Origin: Felis catus | Taxonomy: Eukaryota | Direction of reading: 5' to 3' | NCBI RefSeq assembly: GCF_018350175.1 | Contig: NC_058368.1 | Location: 61,692,001 to 61,756,000 of the forward strand | Length of the DNA stretch: 64,000 nucleotides | In this document: positions 12,807 to 25,720 of the stretch, one piece after another | How positions within the stretch are numbered: the first letter of the stretch is position 1 | How the letters are laid out: the number at the start of each line of letters is the position of its first letter | Made by a program: the position numbers and the translations under genes | Notes under the pieces: generated by a model | The model's input: only the letters and a program-made list of their open reading frames with translations | The model's database searches: none | Told to the model about the DNA's origin: nothing

Positions 12807-13483
12807 GTAAAAAAAAAAAAAAATCTTTTCCTCTAGGATGGGTTTCAATGATAAATAAAAACTTTGTAGAGTAGTTTCCCTTATATATGACATACAGACA
12901 TGCCAAGAATTGATTCATATTTTGCACATCAGTGGATTTATTAAATTCTAATGGGAAATACCTACCACCCAAATGATGGCAATTGCTCTTCATACTGTGT
13001 CATTTATATTATAAAATGTTTTATAGTATCATTTGAGAAAGAAATGTTAGCAAACATACATTGTTCTTTCTCTCATAGCACACATTTTGGCATTGATATT
13101 GTGTTTGGCATTATAAATGTCTTGGTAATAACACTACAAGTATTTATCTTTTCTATATAAGGGCATCACTTGAAGATTTTCTATGTTTAGCCTATTTTGA
13201 TTTTTACTGAAAAAACCTGAAACATTTAGGGGAAATATTTTATTTATATATAAATATATATAATTAAATTTGCCACTATGTGTAAAAATGAAAATTAAAG
13301 TATTGATGACCTTATTACATTAATTTGATAGACTCTGATAACAGAGGCTATGGTGGAAATTAAGGACAAAGGGATTTCTGAACCAATGAAATTACAGTCA
13401 ATCATTTTTCCATATCTCTGTGCTAAAGAGTCATACTTGCTGATTTGTATCTGTACAGATCAAAAACTTCTGTACATCATACG

Positions 13484-13504
13484 TTTTTTTTTAAGTTTAT
13501 TTAT

Positions 13505-13551
<47 letters not shown>

Positions 13552-13701
13552 AGCAGAGACAGAGGGAAAGAGACAGAGAATCCCAACCAGGCTCTGCACG
13601 CATGGCTCAGAGCCCAATTCAGGGCTTGATCTCACAAACTGAGATCATGACCTGAGCCAAACCAAGAGTCAGATGCTTAACCCACTAAGCCACTCAGGCT
13701 C
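13484..13701 (-). mobile_element. CAN-SINE with expanded (GA)n
   Basis: Antisense body with long (GA)n at 13508-13548; head cagatgcttaacccactaagccactcagg. Confidence 0.92.
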
Positions 13702-13961
13702 GTATAATGTTATTCTGCTGTATCACCACACAATGTTTCACCATCATCATTGTATTATTAATCCATTTTAAGTTGAGTGAGGTTATAGTATCCCAAAACT
13801 AAAATAAAACTTAAGCATAGCAGACACAAAAAGTAGTACATAATTGATGTGTAAAGGTAGAATCACTCTGGAATCACTTTACCCTCTCAAGTAAATTTCC
13901 TCTAAACAGAGTACTAAACTCTCTTTTGTGTTATGTTTAAAAGCATAACAATAGCTTTTAC

Positions 13962-14008
<47 letters not shown>
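13962..14008. repeat. (TA)n microsatellite
   Basis: Long run of TA dinucleotides. Confidence 0.95.
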
Positions 14009-14013
<5 letters not shown>

Positions 14014-14284
14014 AATGGATATATGGCTTTCACTATTATACCTGAAATATAAATTGTGTAATAAATAAATATATAATGGCTTTTGCTAATGTATGTAAAT
14101 AATAAGTGTCATAACTGTAACAATATGTTCTTAATATATAAGTAATATAATAATAAATATAATATATTACATATATAGTTTAAGGGAATTCACTTAATCC
14201 AATAATAAGAGAATCTAATTTAGGAAGGCATAAGGAAAATTGCAAAGTGAAACATATAAGAGTAGAAGAGAATTAATTATTCTT

Positions 14285-14500
14285 GGGACGCCTGGGTAGC
14301 TCAGTCAGTCAAGCATCCCACTTCGGTTCAGGTCAGATCTCACGGCTCGTGAATTCGAGCCCCACATCAGATTCTGGGCTGACAGCTCAGAGCCTGGAGC
14401 CTGCTTTGGATTCTCTGTCTCCCTCTCTTTCTGCCTCCCCCTGCTTGTGCTCTCTCTCTCTCTCTCTCAAAAACAAATAAACATTAGAAAAATTTTTAAA
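14285..14500 (+). mobile_element. CAN-SINE
   Basis: gggacgcctgggtagctcagtc head, (CT)n, A-rich tail; TSD core aagagaattaa at 14266-14276 and 14501-14511. Confidence 0.94.
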
Positions 14501-14879
14501 AAGAGAATTAAAATTGTTTAGAGCTTAGAGTATTATTGCATTTGTCCTTATGTCTTTTTTCCTGACCGAATACTTGAGATTATAGGTTAAAATCAGAAAA
14601 TATTAAAAGCAAAGACATAAGTAAATTAACTAACATTTTAAAAATGAAAAGCTGAAGCTGAATAAAATCACCGCCCAAAAAATCTCAGCTAAAAGCATAA
14701 AACAATAAGTCCAACAGGTCATAAAAAGTGCAAATAAAAACAAAATTATGTGTATGCTACTGTAAACCTTTGATAGAAATATGACATAGTGCTATCTTCT
14801 AGCCTGTATTTCATTGTGGGGGCTCTGAGGACAGATTTACTCATGTGATATCCCAAGACAGAAAGAGCAGAGAACCTCC

Positions 14880-15230
14880 TTAAATAATTGGCTGAAAACA
14901 CCAGCAATCATCTATGTTATTTTAGGCAAAAAATTTGGTTGAAGAATACTGAGGCCTCTTAGGATCATTAGGATGATGGGAGATTGGATTTGGGGAAGTG
15001 GCAGCTTCCACAGGAAACCTGGAGGCTTAGGCAGCAGAAACTTCAGCAAAGGTCACACAGATAAACTGGTCCACACGTTGCAGCTGTCACTATAACGAAG
15101 GAATTCCCCGGTCCCTGGGCCTCATTTCAGTCACAGAAGTTCCAAAGTACTGAAGGCATTATTGACTAAGTCTGCATCATTTCCCCATCCATTGGCTGTG
15201 CCCTTTGACTGTCTTAGCAAGAAGTGTACA
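14880..15230. mobile_element. Probable old MaLR LTR fragment (MLT1L/M/N-like)
   Basis: GC-richer island with MLT-like phrases (gcagcagaaacttcagcaaaggtcacac, attgactaagtctgcatc); family uncertain. Confidence 0.35.
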
Positions 15231-15566
15231 GTAAATCCCATGAAGAAGACACATTTGGGGAGAATTTTCCTAAAGTGATATTGAAGAGAAATAACAAAGT
15301 GGTAAGACTAGTGAGATTAGACAGGAAAAATGGTTCACATTTTCAGATCATGTTCATATACACAGATGTGGTCGTAGAACTGCTGTCTACAAAGCTTCAT
15401 GGGGATAAAACTCTAAACCTCCCACCTTATGGCAACCACAAACAGGCAATCACAAACCTTAGCAAACACCCCAGTCTTTGGGTAAGCTTTTAGTGTGTGG
15501 GTTTATGTAATGAGCATTGGTAATGGTAATAAAATTATTAATATTAATTAATGAATTAAGCATTGT

Positions 15567-16170
15567 ATGTCATCAGTGCAAAATGGAAAAACCTTTTAGG
15601 ATTTCTTTTTAATTTTTTTGACGTTTGTTTATTATTGAGAGAAAGAGAGAGAGACAGAGTATGTGCATGGAAGGGGCAGAAGGAGACACAGAATCCAAAG
15701 CAGACTCCAGGCTCTGGGCTGTCAGCACAGAGCCCGACATGGGGCTTGAACTCAAAAACCTCAAGTCGGACGCTTAACCAACTGAGCCACCCAGGCACCC
15801 CTTAGGATTTCTAAAATAAAAAGGAAGAAAGGTTATTTACACTCTGAATGAGGACAGCTGGCCAGGATACACAACCTTCACAAAGAAGAGAGTGCTCCAG
15901 GGGAAGGAATGTTGAATACAGAATTGTTTTTGTTTGTTGTTGTTGTTGTTGTTGTTGTTGTTATATCAAGAGTTACAAATCATCATGACATAAAACATTC
16001 CAGAAAATCACAAACTTTTATGCTTTTAGTATGTGCAAAGTTGTAGGTGGTAGAGGTATGGGAACTTAGGGTGATTTTTACTTTTATCTTAAGTTTGAAA
16101 TATTTCTTTCAGGTTATTTGCTAACGAAGCAGATGTACAATGTGTGCTTGGGGCATGAATAGGGCACATC
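15567..16170. mobile_element. Probable ERV-class solo LTR, interrupted by a SINE
   Basis: Begins tgtcatcagtgcaaaat and continues past the SINE with ggttatttacactctgaatgaggacagctggcc...; by recall resembles the MER34/MER39-type LTR layout; boundaries approximate. Confidence 0.4.
15607..15801 (-). mobile_element. CAN-SINE with ~20-bp internal deletion
   Basis: TSD ttaggatttct at 15596-15606 and 15802-15812; lacks the gagatcatgacctgagc segment. Confidence 0.94.
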
Positions 16171-16438
16171 ATTTGAAGTTTGGTTAAGTCCTTCTGACCT
16201 TGGTAACAGTTCAAGTATAGTTTCCCTGGCAGCCCAGGAGCAGGGTCCACAAACATTACCAGTGAATATTTCCTTTAACCTTGCCAATATTAGCAATATT
16301 TCAGAGGCCTGATATAAAATAAAATCAAGAGATATGATAATGCCATATTTCTACTAAATTTTACTGCAGTGTGTTTTATTCATTCTTTTTTACAACCTGT
16401 TGAAGTTCATTACTTTACACTTTTTAGAAGCCTAGAAG

Positions 16439-16622
16439 GGGGGGGGGGCACCTGGGTGGCTCAGTGGGTTGAGTGTCCCACTTACTTTGGCTCAGGTCAT
16501 GATCTCACAGTTCATGAGTTCTAACCACACATTGGGCCTGCTGCTGTCAGCCCAGAGCCCACTTTGGATCCTCTGTCCCCCACTCACACTCTCTCTCAAA
16601 AATAAATAAACTTAAAAAAAAA
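16439..16622 (+). mobile_element. CAN-SINE
   Basis: Poly-G-extended head gggggcacctgggtggctcagtgggttgag; TSD agaag(cc/tg)tagaag at 16426-16438 and 16623-16635. Confidence 0.93.
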
Positions 16623-17199
16623 AGAAGTGTAGAAGAGGGAATGAAAACTCAGACAAATTTTCTCTCTCATTATCTGATTTTTAAAATAGTTTGCTTTAAA
16701 GGTCAGATGGTTGTATAAGAACTACATTTTATTTCCTTATTACTAATTTGTTTTATTTTAAATGCCTTTCTTCTTATTATCATCTAGTGATCTGCTTGAG
16801 ACTTAAAAATTCAAAAACATTTTAGTTTTACTTCAAACATCACGGACTATTCTGATATTAATGTATAGTCACCATTGTTCAAAATACGTTTAAAAAATAT
16901 TCCTGGAGAAGAGTACAAAGATCAAAATAACAAGCAAGTTTGTTTGTCTCCCATGATGAATTTTTTCCACTCAGCCTTCCTCATGTGAGTGAATGGAGCT
17001 ACTTTATTGCAAGAAGGGCTCACTGTTCAACTAGAGATTCCATCTGACAGTTTGTATGGGCTCTTTCTGATGCTGGTTCTGAACCTGGGCTTTTATTCTG
17101 ACTCAATGGCATGGACTTGGTGTCAATGGTCAACATGGTCTTTATGAATTTTACAGCAACAACTTACATATAATAATTGTACTAAGGTGTGATTAGCAA

Positions 17200-19630
17200 C
17201 TTTGTTTTTAATTTTTTTACTTCTTGTTTAAAAATAATTTCAATGTAGGAGCGCTTGTGTGGCTCAGTCGGTTAAGCATCCAACTCTGACTCAAGTCATG
17301 ATCTCACGGTTCGTGAGTTCAAGCTCCACGTAGGGCTCTGCTGACAGCTCAACCATGGAACCTACTTCAGATTCTGTGTCTCCCTCTCTCTCTGCCTCTC
17401 CCCCGCTCATGTTCTGTCTCTCTCTCTCTCTCTCTCTGTCAAAAATAAATAAAACATTAAAATTTGTTTAAAGTAAAAAAAAATAATTTCAATATAGAGA
17501 AGAGTCACAGAAATGAAAATAATACAAAAAATACCTGTGTACCACTTATTCAGATGCAGCTATTGTTGAAAACTTACCCTTTATTTTATCAATTATTTCC
17601 CTTTCATCCTCTCTCTTTCATTCTCTCTCGCTCGCTCTCCACACACACATATTTTTCCCTGAACTGTTTGTAAGTTACATGTACCATACACGTTTGCACC
17701 TCAATATTTCAATGTGTGTTTTTCTTATATAACGGCAGTGCATTAATAAATTTCAATAATTTTAGAATGAATACAATATTCTTATCTAATCTATTGTTCA
17801 TTGGTCAACTTGTCAAGTAATATCCTTTATAGTATTATTTTCCCCATACAGTATTGAATCCGGCCAATTTTGCACTTAATTAATTTATTTAACATCCTTT
17901 TATCTGCAACATTGCCATAGCCTTTCATTGTTATTTTTAGCATTGACCTTTTTAAACAATACAGCATCCTCTTTGTGCAATTGAAAATTCCTCATATTGT
18001 GTTTTTTAGTGGTTTCTTTATTAGTAAATTCAGGTAATGCATTCTTAGCCAGTATACGACATAGATGATGCTGTTTCCTTTTCAGGACATCCCATTTTCA
18101 GACACATAATGTCCGACTGTCCTTCACTGGTTATATTAATGCTCATCACCCAGTCAAGGTGATGCTTGGTTACTGTAGAAGTTGTGTGTGCGGGTTTAAT
18201 TTTTCTCACTTAGAGTCAGTGGTCTGTGGAGAAACACTTTAAGACTGTGAAAATTTTCCTTTCAATGAAATCTCCCAATAATTGATTATTCTTTTCTGAG
18301 CCAATATTTACTATAACAGTTAGAAAATGGCAACCCTGTAACACTCCTTCCACTTTGTCTTGGGTCCTCAATATTCTACCATAACCAAAACCAAGAGACC
18401 TTATTTTGCCTGTAATCAGTTGATCATTGGTATGAAGCTATGGATTCTTATTTGTCCCAAATTAAATAATTCGTGTTATGAAGTATGTGGGTGCTCCAAC
18501 TGTCCATGATTTGACCACCCCACACTGGTTCCTATGTGACATCTCCCCATAATACTATTTTGAGCATTTCTTAGTTTCTATTATAACTACATACTTCAGG
18601 TTCCTCTTGTATGGAACTTGTCCAACCCTGAAACCTGCCCATTTCTGAGGGGGACCTGATTTGTTTCAGAGGAAACTGATCAGTGCCTGGTAGCTAGGTA
18701 TGCTCATTTATACTGAAGTACTTTTTATTTGTTTTTTTGTTTTGGTCTTTCTGTTAGACGAAGCTAGGAAATATACACAGGAATGTGAACGTGTATACAC
18801 GCACATATAAACAAATATTTATACGCATACACATCCATGCTCATGTGCATATAGACACACATAATCTCATAAGTATTTTAAAAATCATGTGTTCACACAT
18901 AAAATCTTAAATTTAATATATTCCATGAATTTTTTTCCTACTCTCTCTCATTCCAGACTAGTGTGTCCAGTCTTGCACAGTGAGAACACTGGCTCTTGAT
19001 GTCAACAAAATTACTCATCCTGTAACTCTTATAACTTTTATTGATACAATTTAATTATCTGAATATGTAATATGCTAACATATTCCCACAGAAAAAATCT
19101 ATATACAGAACAATATCATTTGCTCCTGTATTTTTTTTTTTTACTTTACCACTCTCTGTTCCTTGTATATAATCAATCTCAATATGTTTAGTTATCTTTT
19201 CTATTTTTCTTTTTATAAATACAAGCACACATAAGTACATTTTCTCACATTTCCTTCTTTCTTACTTGAAGATTAGCATACTATATATGCTCCTTCACAT
19301 GTTTCTTTTTTCACTTACTATCATCCTCTTCCAACAGAGACATTGCTATTGTTAGCCTTCTATTTTTTTTTTTTGCCAATTTAATAAGTGAGAAATTGTA
19401 TCCCACTTTTAATTGTGTATATTCATTTTAATTTGCATTTCTCTTATGAATTCACATATATAAAGGCCTTTTATATCTCTTTTGTAAAATTTTCATGACT
19501 TTTGCCCATTTTTCTACAGAATTTTTCTTGTTTTGGTCAATTTCTAAAAAATTCTTTATGAGCTTGAAATATTTAGGCCATTATCTACAATATTTGTGAA
19601 CAATATTTTCTTGTGCTTTGCCCTTTTTTA
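17200..19630 (-). mobile_element. Old L1 (L1MC-like) 3' region, interrupted by a SINE
   Basis: L1MC-type antisense 3' end (aaaataatttcaa...aatacaaaaaatacctgtgtaccacttattcag; aatacaatattcttatctaatcta) and ORF2-end motif tttaatttgcatttctctta near 19430; may be more than one element. Confidence 0.7.
17248..17479 (+). mobile_element. CAN-SINE
   Basis: TSD aaaataatttcaat(g/a)tag at 17231-17248 and 17480-17497; full body. Confidence 0.95.
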
Positions 19631-19648
19631 TGGTATTTTTCTCATGAA

Positions 19649-19841
19649 TTTTTTTAAAGTTTATTTACTTTGAGAAAGAGAGCAGGAGCAAGGGAGAGGG
19701 ACAGAGGGAGAGAAAGAGAATCCCAAGCAGGCTGTACACCCAGCACGGAACCCAGGGCAGGGCTTGATCTCATGACCGTGAGGTCATGACCTGAGCCAAA
19801 ATCAAGAGTCAGATTCTTAATCAACTGAGTCACCCCGGCAC
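19649..19841 (-). mobile_element. CAN-SINE (older subfamily)
   Basis: Antisense body gagaatcccaagcaggc...gacctgagccaaaatcaagagtcagattcttaatcaactgagtcacccc. Confidence 0.92.
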
Positions 19842-22199
19842 GGTTGCAGTTTTTTTTAATTTCAGTCAAATTTAAAAATCATTTTCTTTATTTCCTTTTC
19901 TGAAAACTTTTCCCTGTGTCAGGCCATAGAGGAAGTCACCACAAAATACCTTGTTTTGAGGTTCAATTTTTTGCCTAAGCCCACAGATGTAGTGGTGCCT
20001 GAGCTAAAACCTCACATCTGAGGGGCTACAATGAATGTGAGCAAAAGGTGCAAGGGGTAGTTCTTCAAGACAATGATGAAATACCTACACCTAGGAAATG
20101 AGGGGATATCAAAGAGGTGATAGGAAGTTATAGAACCACACAGTACGAAGTATAAACAGGCATTTTAGAAAGATGTGGAATTCTACTTTCTCATCACTAC
20201 AACCTAGTGATACGAACTCGGTTTTGAAAGACAGGAGAGATATAGAAGACAGGAGAAAACACCTCAGATCCAAACCCGACACGCATGTCCCTGAATAAAG
20301 ATGAAGATCTCAGACAGCAGTGCCCTCACCAAAATGGTAAATGAGTGGGGAAAAAGAAAAAAAAAATGACCCCCATGAAAAGAAATGCAAAAAATGTTGT
20401 TTATGTTTGGAAAGAAAGAAAAAATATCAGAAAAAGTGTAACTTCTTACATGTATACTTTTAGCACAAATTAACACGTGAAAAATGTAGAAAGCCAATAT
20501 TCCATCCATTTGGGAAATAGTTTTGGGATTATACTTAATTGTTTTTCAACCGAGTTATCTTTGTAGACTTGCTAATAATTGTCAGCTCAGTTCTATCATA
20601 TGTTTATTTGAGGATGCAGACATGCTTGGGATTCTTAAGTTACATTTTGGAAGTATTCTTGTAGACTTAATGCTTGCAGCATAATAATATGAAGTGGATG
20701 TATTAATCCTCTGTGTTGTACTAGTGAAAGGGTAGGGTTGAAATATTATGAAGGATCATCTCCCTCTGCTTACTCCAATAAAAGAATAACTGTACCAACC
20801 TTGGGTCTGCCTTCCTCTTTTAATTTATTTGGCAGCCTCTTACAAGTCTAAGAGTTGCTGGAGAATTAGTTGTTCTAGTTAATAACGGGAAAATGGGAAT
20901 GTGAATATTAAGATAAAATTTGTAATCATTTTAATACTTCTTTTCAGTTTATTTCTTAATGTAATACTTTCATGAATAGGAAAAAAATGTAAAATCATCA
21001 GAGCATCCTCAGGAAGAAGTAGAATTTATATTATTCTAGGCTTATTTCTTGGAAATGGTTTTAGAAAAACCAGAATCCTCTGTGTGCCCCTCTGGGAACT
21101 TCTGTTTCTCAGTTATGGTAGGATTTAGAACAGAGCTTTTTCACGGAGACATTAGGGAAAAGACTAGTGTTCTCATTTCATTTCTAATAAAGCAAAAATC
21201 AGTGTATAAAAATAAAAGTTTAAAAGTATGAATTATGTATTAAATGCATACCTTCTAGATTGAAGGGGTGCTTTTAATAAAATAGTTCTGTGAAATTTAT
21301 TATGACTTAATAAAATAATTTGTAAAGTAAATGCTGACAGCAGCATTAGAATAAATGTTATCTATACAATAAAAGCCTGTGCCAGAGTTTTAAACAAAGG
21401 TGGAGAATTTTGTCAAAATCATTATTTCATATTACAATCGTAGTCCTGAAAAACAGAAATATAACCTACTGCAGTCCCTGAAATATATTGTCTTCAATAA
21501 ACATGATTTTTCTTCCTTTCAACATTGAAATTTAACTATCCATAATTCATCAAGATATTTCCAAGTACCAACTCATTATAAATCCTACATAGTAAATAAG
21601 AGAAAGATAAAAATACTGCTTCTAATTATATAGCACTTTCTTAACGTACAATCAGGGGCTATAAACTGCTTCATGGCAGAAAGGAATACACTATGGCTCA
21701 ATTTCCTTCTGCTTCGGAATGGAAATACAAAATATTTGTTATCTGTAAAGTGTTTTCTGAGGCGCAAGATGGCTGAGACAGGTGAAGAGAAGCAGAATAC
21801 ATATATTAATATCTTACGCCCATTAATAATATGGCTGCCCAAAATACAATCCATCACCCCATATTTAAGCCTGCAGAATCTCACTGCATATAAGGATGAC
21901 AAAACACAATATGGGCCTGCCATAGAGCTTCTCTGAACTTAGTGAAACATTTTTATACTACTATATACAGTGTTACCTATTTCAGAAATAAGGAATAACT
22001 TATTTGTTGGGTATATTCCCTTAACCTTTCAAGAAACAAGTGACTATCTTGCTATATAAATATTTCCAGAATACTTAGATTTCCTCTTCAGTTGGTATTG
22101 ACTGATTTTATTTATATGAAGCCTAAGAATTGGAGATGTTATTCACACTAAGTAAGTGTATTTATTTTTTTGTATGAAAAGTACATCTCAACAGAAATT

Positions 22200-22450
22200 G
22201 TGTGTGTCTCTCTCTATATATATATACAAATATATACAATACATATATATATATATATACACAAATATATACCTATACAAATATATATACATGTATGTGT
22301 ATATACATGTATATACAGAAATTGTGTCTGTATATATACACAAATATATACATATACAAATATATACAATACATATGTTTATATATACAGATATATACAT
22401 ATACTAACATATACTAATGTATATATTTGTATATGTATATATTTTATATA
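22200..22450. repeat. Low-complexity TA/TACA-rich simple repeat
   Basis: Recurrent tatatacaaatata/tatatacat units; accounts for the overlapping Y/I-rich ORFs here. Confidence 0.9.
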
Positions 22451-22459
22451 TTTTTTAGC

Positions 22460-23150
22460 TACCTATCTTTGCGATATTTTGTGGTTGCTGTTGTCATACC
22501 TTACCTTAAATCATATAGTTTATGAAAAAAAATTGTATCTTTCAATTGTATAATCTTTTAATGGTGATCTCTTCCCTAAAACTCCTTGTAGTTACTCTGC
22601 CATGTATTTTATTATATCTAAATGTTCTATAAAAATAGTATATTATAATCGTTGCTTTAAAATATCAGTAAGGTTTAAGTTGCTGTGCATTGTCATATGC
22701 ATACACTTTTTTATTCGCCCAAATACTTACCTTCTGTGAGGCTCCTTATTCTTTGCTACAGATCTGGACTTCCATCTTGTGCTAAATCCTTTCAGCCAGA
22801 ATAACTTCTGTCCTTTCTTATAGTGCTAAGCTGTTGGAAGTGAATCGTTTCAGCTTTCATCCATTTGATCTCGTCCTTTTTAGGTTTCATCTTTGAAGGA
22901 TATTTTCACTGCATATAAAATAATAGATTGATCACTTTATTTTTCTTTTAGTACTTTAAAAGCAGGATTACACTGTCATTTCAACTGTATCTCAAAAAGG
23001 CGGTTTTTATGATTTTCTTTATTCTTCTGTATATATTGTGTCATTTTTCTCCTCTCTTGTGGAAAAATTTAAAATGTGCTCTTTATCTTTAGTTATTTAG
23101 TAGTTTGACTCAGATGTGCCCCATTGTGCTAATTTATGTATTATGATGAT
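22460..23150 (-). mobile_element. Ancient L1 fragment (ORF1/ORF2 junction-like)
   Basis: Antisense old-L1 motifs ctttgaaggatattttcactgcatataaaa and tttctttagtactttaaaa; boundaries approximate. Confidence 0.55.
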
Positions 23151-23751
23151 TAATATTGGCATTAGTTTATGAATTAAGCTAATAATATTTCTTAACCATA
23201 ACCTGAATGATTTAAGAGTACATTATAAATTTTTACTGAGAGTCCAGGAAGAAGAATAATATATGTAGTATATTCTTATATACATATATATAGTAAGAAG
23301 TACATAGTATAAACCAAATTTTGTAATACTAAGAGATAGTTTAAAACTTCAATTTTTTATTACAAAGATATGATAGTTACTGAAAATTTAACAGCACTGA
23401 TATGTTTTCTTTCAAATTTCTATGTGCATGTGTATGCTTATACACATACATATATTCTTTTCCTGCCAATACCTCTCTGTTTCAAAGTCTTGAGAGAAAT
23501 TTAAAAGGTTTGAAAATTTTAAGGTAAATCCACATTTTGAAGAAGATATGGCAACTTCCTTATTAAATGTAAACAACTCATTAATTTAAAATATGTATGC
23601 CTTGTTTTCAACGGTTACTCTAAAAATTTACGGACATTACCTACTGACATTTTTTTTTTTAATTAATTAATTTATTTATTTATTTTTGCCTGTGTAAGGG
23701 AAACTCAGAAAAGAAAAACAAGTTTCTCATCTTTGCTCAGGGTCTTTCTTC

Positions 23752-23955
23752 TTTTTTTAATGTTTATTTATTTTTGATAGGGAGACACAGAGTGCAAGAG
23801 GGGGATGGGCAGAGAGAGGGAGACACAGAATCTGAGCAGACTCCAGGCTCTGAGCTGTCAGCACAGAGCCCAACGTGGGGCTTGAACTCATGAGCCGCAA
23901 GGTAATGACCTGAGCCTAAGTCAGCCACTTAGCTGACTGAGCCACCCAGGCACCC
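23752..23955 (-). mobile_element. CAN-SINE
   Basis: Full antisense body ending gactgagccacccaggcaccc. Confidence 0.94.
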
Positions 23956-23969
23956 TGTATAAGATATTT

Positions 23970-24150
23970 CTTAAAGTTCTTTCTACTCACCACTTAGGTC
24001 AGAATCACGTGGGGTTCTTGTTAAAAAGGCAGCTATCCAGAAGTCACCTTAGGCTGTGTGAATAAGAGAGGGCATGTGACTGGTGGGCACTAGAACATGC
24101 ATTTTTATCAACTTTTCTTTTCGATTCTAGGAAAAATGATGTGCAGGAAT
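23970..24150. mobile_element. MER5-type hAT-Charlie DNA transposon remnant
   Basis: cagaatcacgtggggttcttgttaaaaaggcag...acatgcatttttatcaac resembles the MER5A core. Confidence 0.55.
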
Positions 24151-25007
24151 CATTTTCTTAGACATCTGTACAGAGGGGTATTTCTAGACTACTATAGCCC
24201 AATATAGATAAAATAGTAAACTAGTATTTTCACTTGCCCTAATGCATTGCACTGTTCTATAAAGCTTAACTTCAAAGGCGTGGATATTTTAAAAACAACT
24301 TTAACTTTGTTGTTGTGATCAAGGCCACTCTTTATCTTGCTATAGGTCATTCTCTACATTACCACTTTCCTGGGTATCTCAGGCATGTTGTTATGTATTT
24401 TCTAATAATATATAATTTTAGTAAAGTCTGCATTATATTTGAATTCTTGTCTGAAAAACAAAGTACTTCACACCTAACTATGTGGGAACAAATGACAATA
24501 TTATTATTGAAAACATAAATGTTAGTCAAATAACTTTGATGAGAATATCATCACTACCAATTATTAGATTGGTATATTCTGTAAGCTTCTTTACCATTTT
24601 CAGTTTGTTTTGTCAGGATTTTGTACAGATTTATTGGTTTATATAACAATTCTAGCACAAAATGATATCTTAAAAATGTACACTTTTATCGGTGTACTTT
24701 TCATGAAAACATGGGATTACATGTCTACTTTCTGCATAGAAATTTTGTTCAAAGGCTATCATATATAGGAGCTCAGGATCTCACAGAGAGAAAAGGCTGG
24801 CAGATCTGCAATTGAGATTTGCCCCAGAGGCACTTTCCGTAACACTGAGAGCTTAGCTTCACCATTGCGCTTAATCACTGAACAGTTATAATGAATCTAA
24901 CACTGGCAAAGTCACAGCAATCCCAATTTTCTAGATATTGTAGCTAAACGCAAATCTCTCAGCCTCAACTAATTCCACATTTCCTTTTTCTTGCTTATTA
25001 CCTCAAG

Positions 25008-25090
25008 TATTTTATATCCTGGCCTAAAGTATAGGGCAGAAGTGTCAAAGTGCCAGAAGGCTTAGATCGCTGTGGCAAAAAAAGATCAAG
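25008..25090 (+). pseudogene. Candidate decayed exon C (phase 0 to 2) of the RhoGAP-like chain
   Basis: Branch-like actaat (24968) + ttcctttttcttgcttattacctcaAG; strong AAG|gtaaga donor; 83 nt; reads YFISWPKV*GRSVKVPEGLDRCGKKRS. Confidence 0.3.
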
Positions 25091-25259
25091 GTAAGACTAT
25101 TTAGCAGATCTAATCAGTACTACAGAATGAGACAACCCAAATATATCAAAGAGAAAATGACAACAATGCAAAGAGCAAAGGCACGCAGTTCTCGAGGCGA
25201 CGCTTTCCTTAGCTTTCACTCCATTTCCTGGATTTCAATTTATCATTCAATCTCTACAG

Positions 25260-25720
25260 TGTTTTTTATAAACACATATTATTTATATTAATGTAATAAT
25301 TATCATCCTTTTCCTTTGTAATTTGCCTACATGTTTTCTTATATATTCTTGAGGAAATCTTTTTCCTCTCCCAAAATTGTAAATTTATTTATCTGCATCA
25401 TTTTGTTTGTCTTTTACTTTAAGTATTGAATCCACCTGGAATTGATTTTTAATATGAGTATAATGTAGCTATCTAAATTCTTTCATGCTCCTTTAAATAA
25501 CGAATTGTAGACTCATTTTTGCTTATTTGTATATCGCCCAGTGATATGCAATGCTACAATTAATGATCAGAATATAAGATTTCATCCGTGTAAGAATCTG
25601 TTTTTGGCCTCTTAATTTTGTTCCATTGACCTGTTTGTCTGTATCTGTGCCAAAACCATACCGTCTTAATTACTACAAATATAAATCTTGATCTGTGATA
25701 GACAAGTCATGGCAACACGC
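25260..25720 (-). mobile_element. Ancient L1 ORF2 fragment
   Basis: aatccacctggaattgattttt and ttttgttccattgacctgtttgtctgtatctgtgccaaaaccatac are antisense ORF2 motifs. Confidence 0.7.

Noticed and set aside
16113..16192. Acceptor tttctttcAG followed by YLLTKQMY, similar to RhoGAP PLLTxxLY
   Set aside because: Lies within a probable ERV LTR (15567-16170), has no good donor, and is redundant with the end of exon B.
21585..21936. Overlapping 112-aa (minus) and 87-aa (plus) ORFs in unique sequence; RRKL/LRKH suggested APELA
   Set aside because: No signal peptide or CxxxRCxPLHSRVPFP motif, no recognisable homology and no splice support.
22156..22553. Four long overlapping ORFs
   Set aside because: Artefacts of the TA-rich simple repeat (Y/I/C/T-rich).
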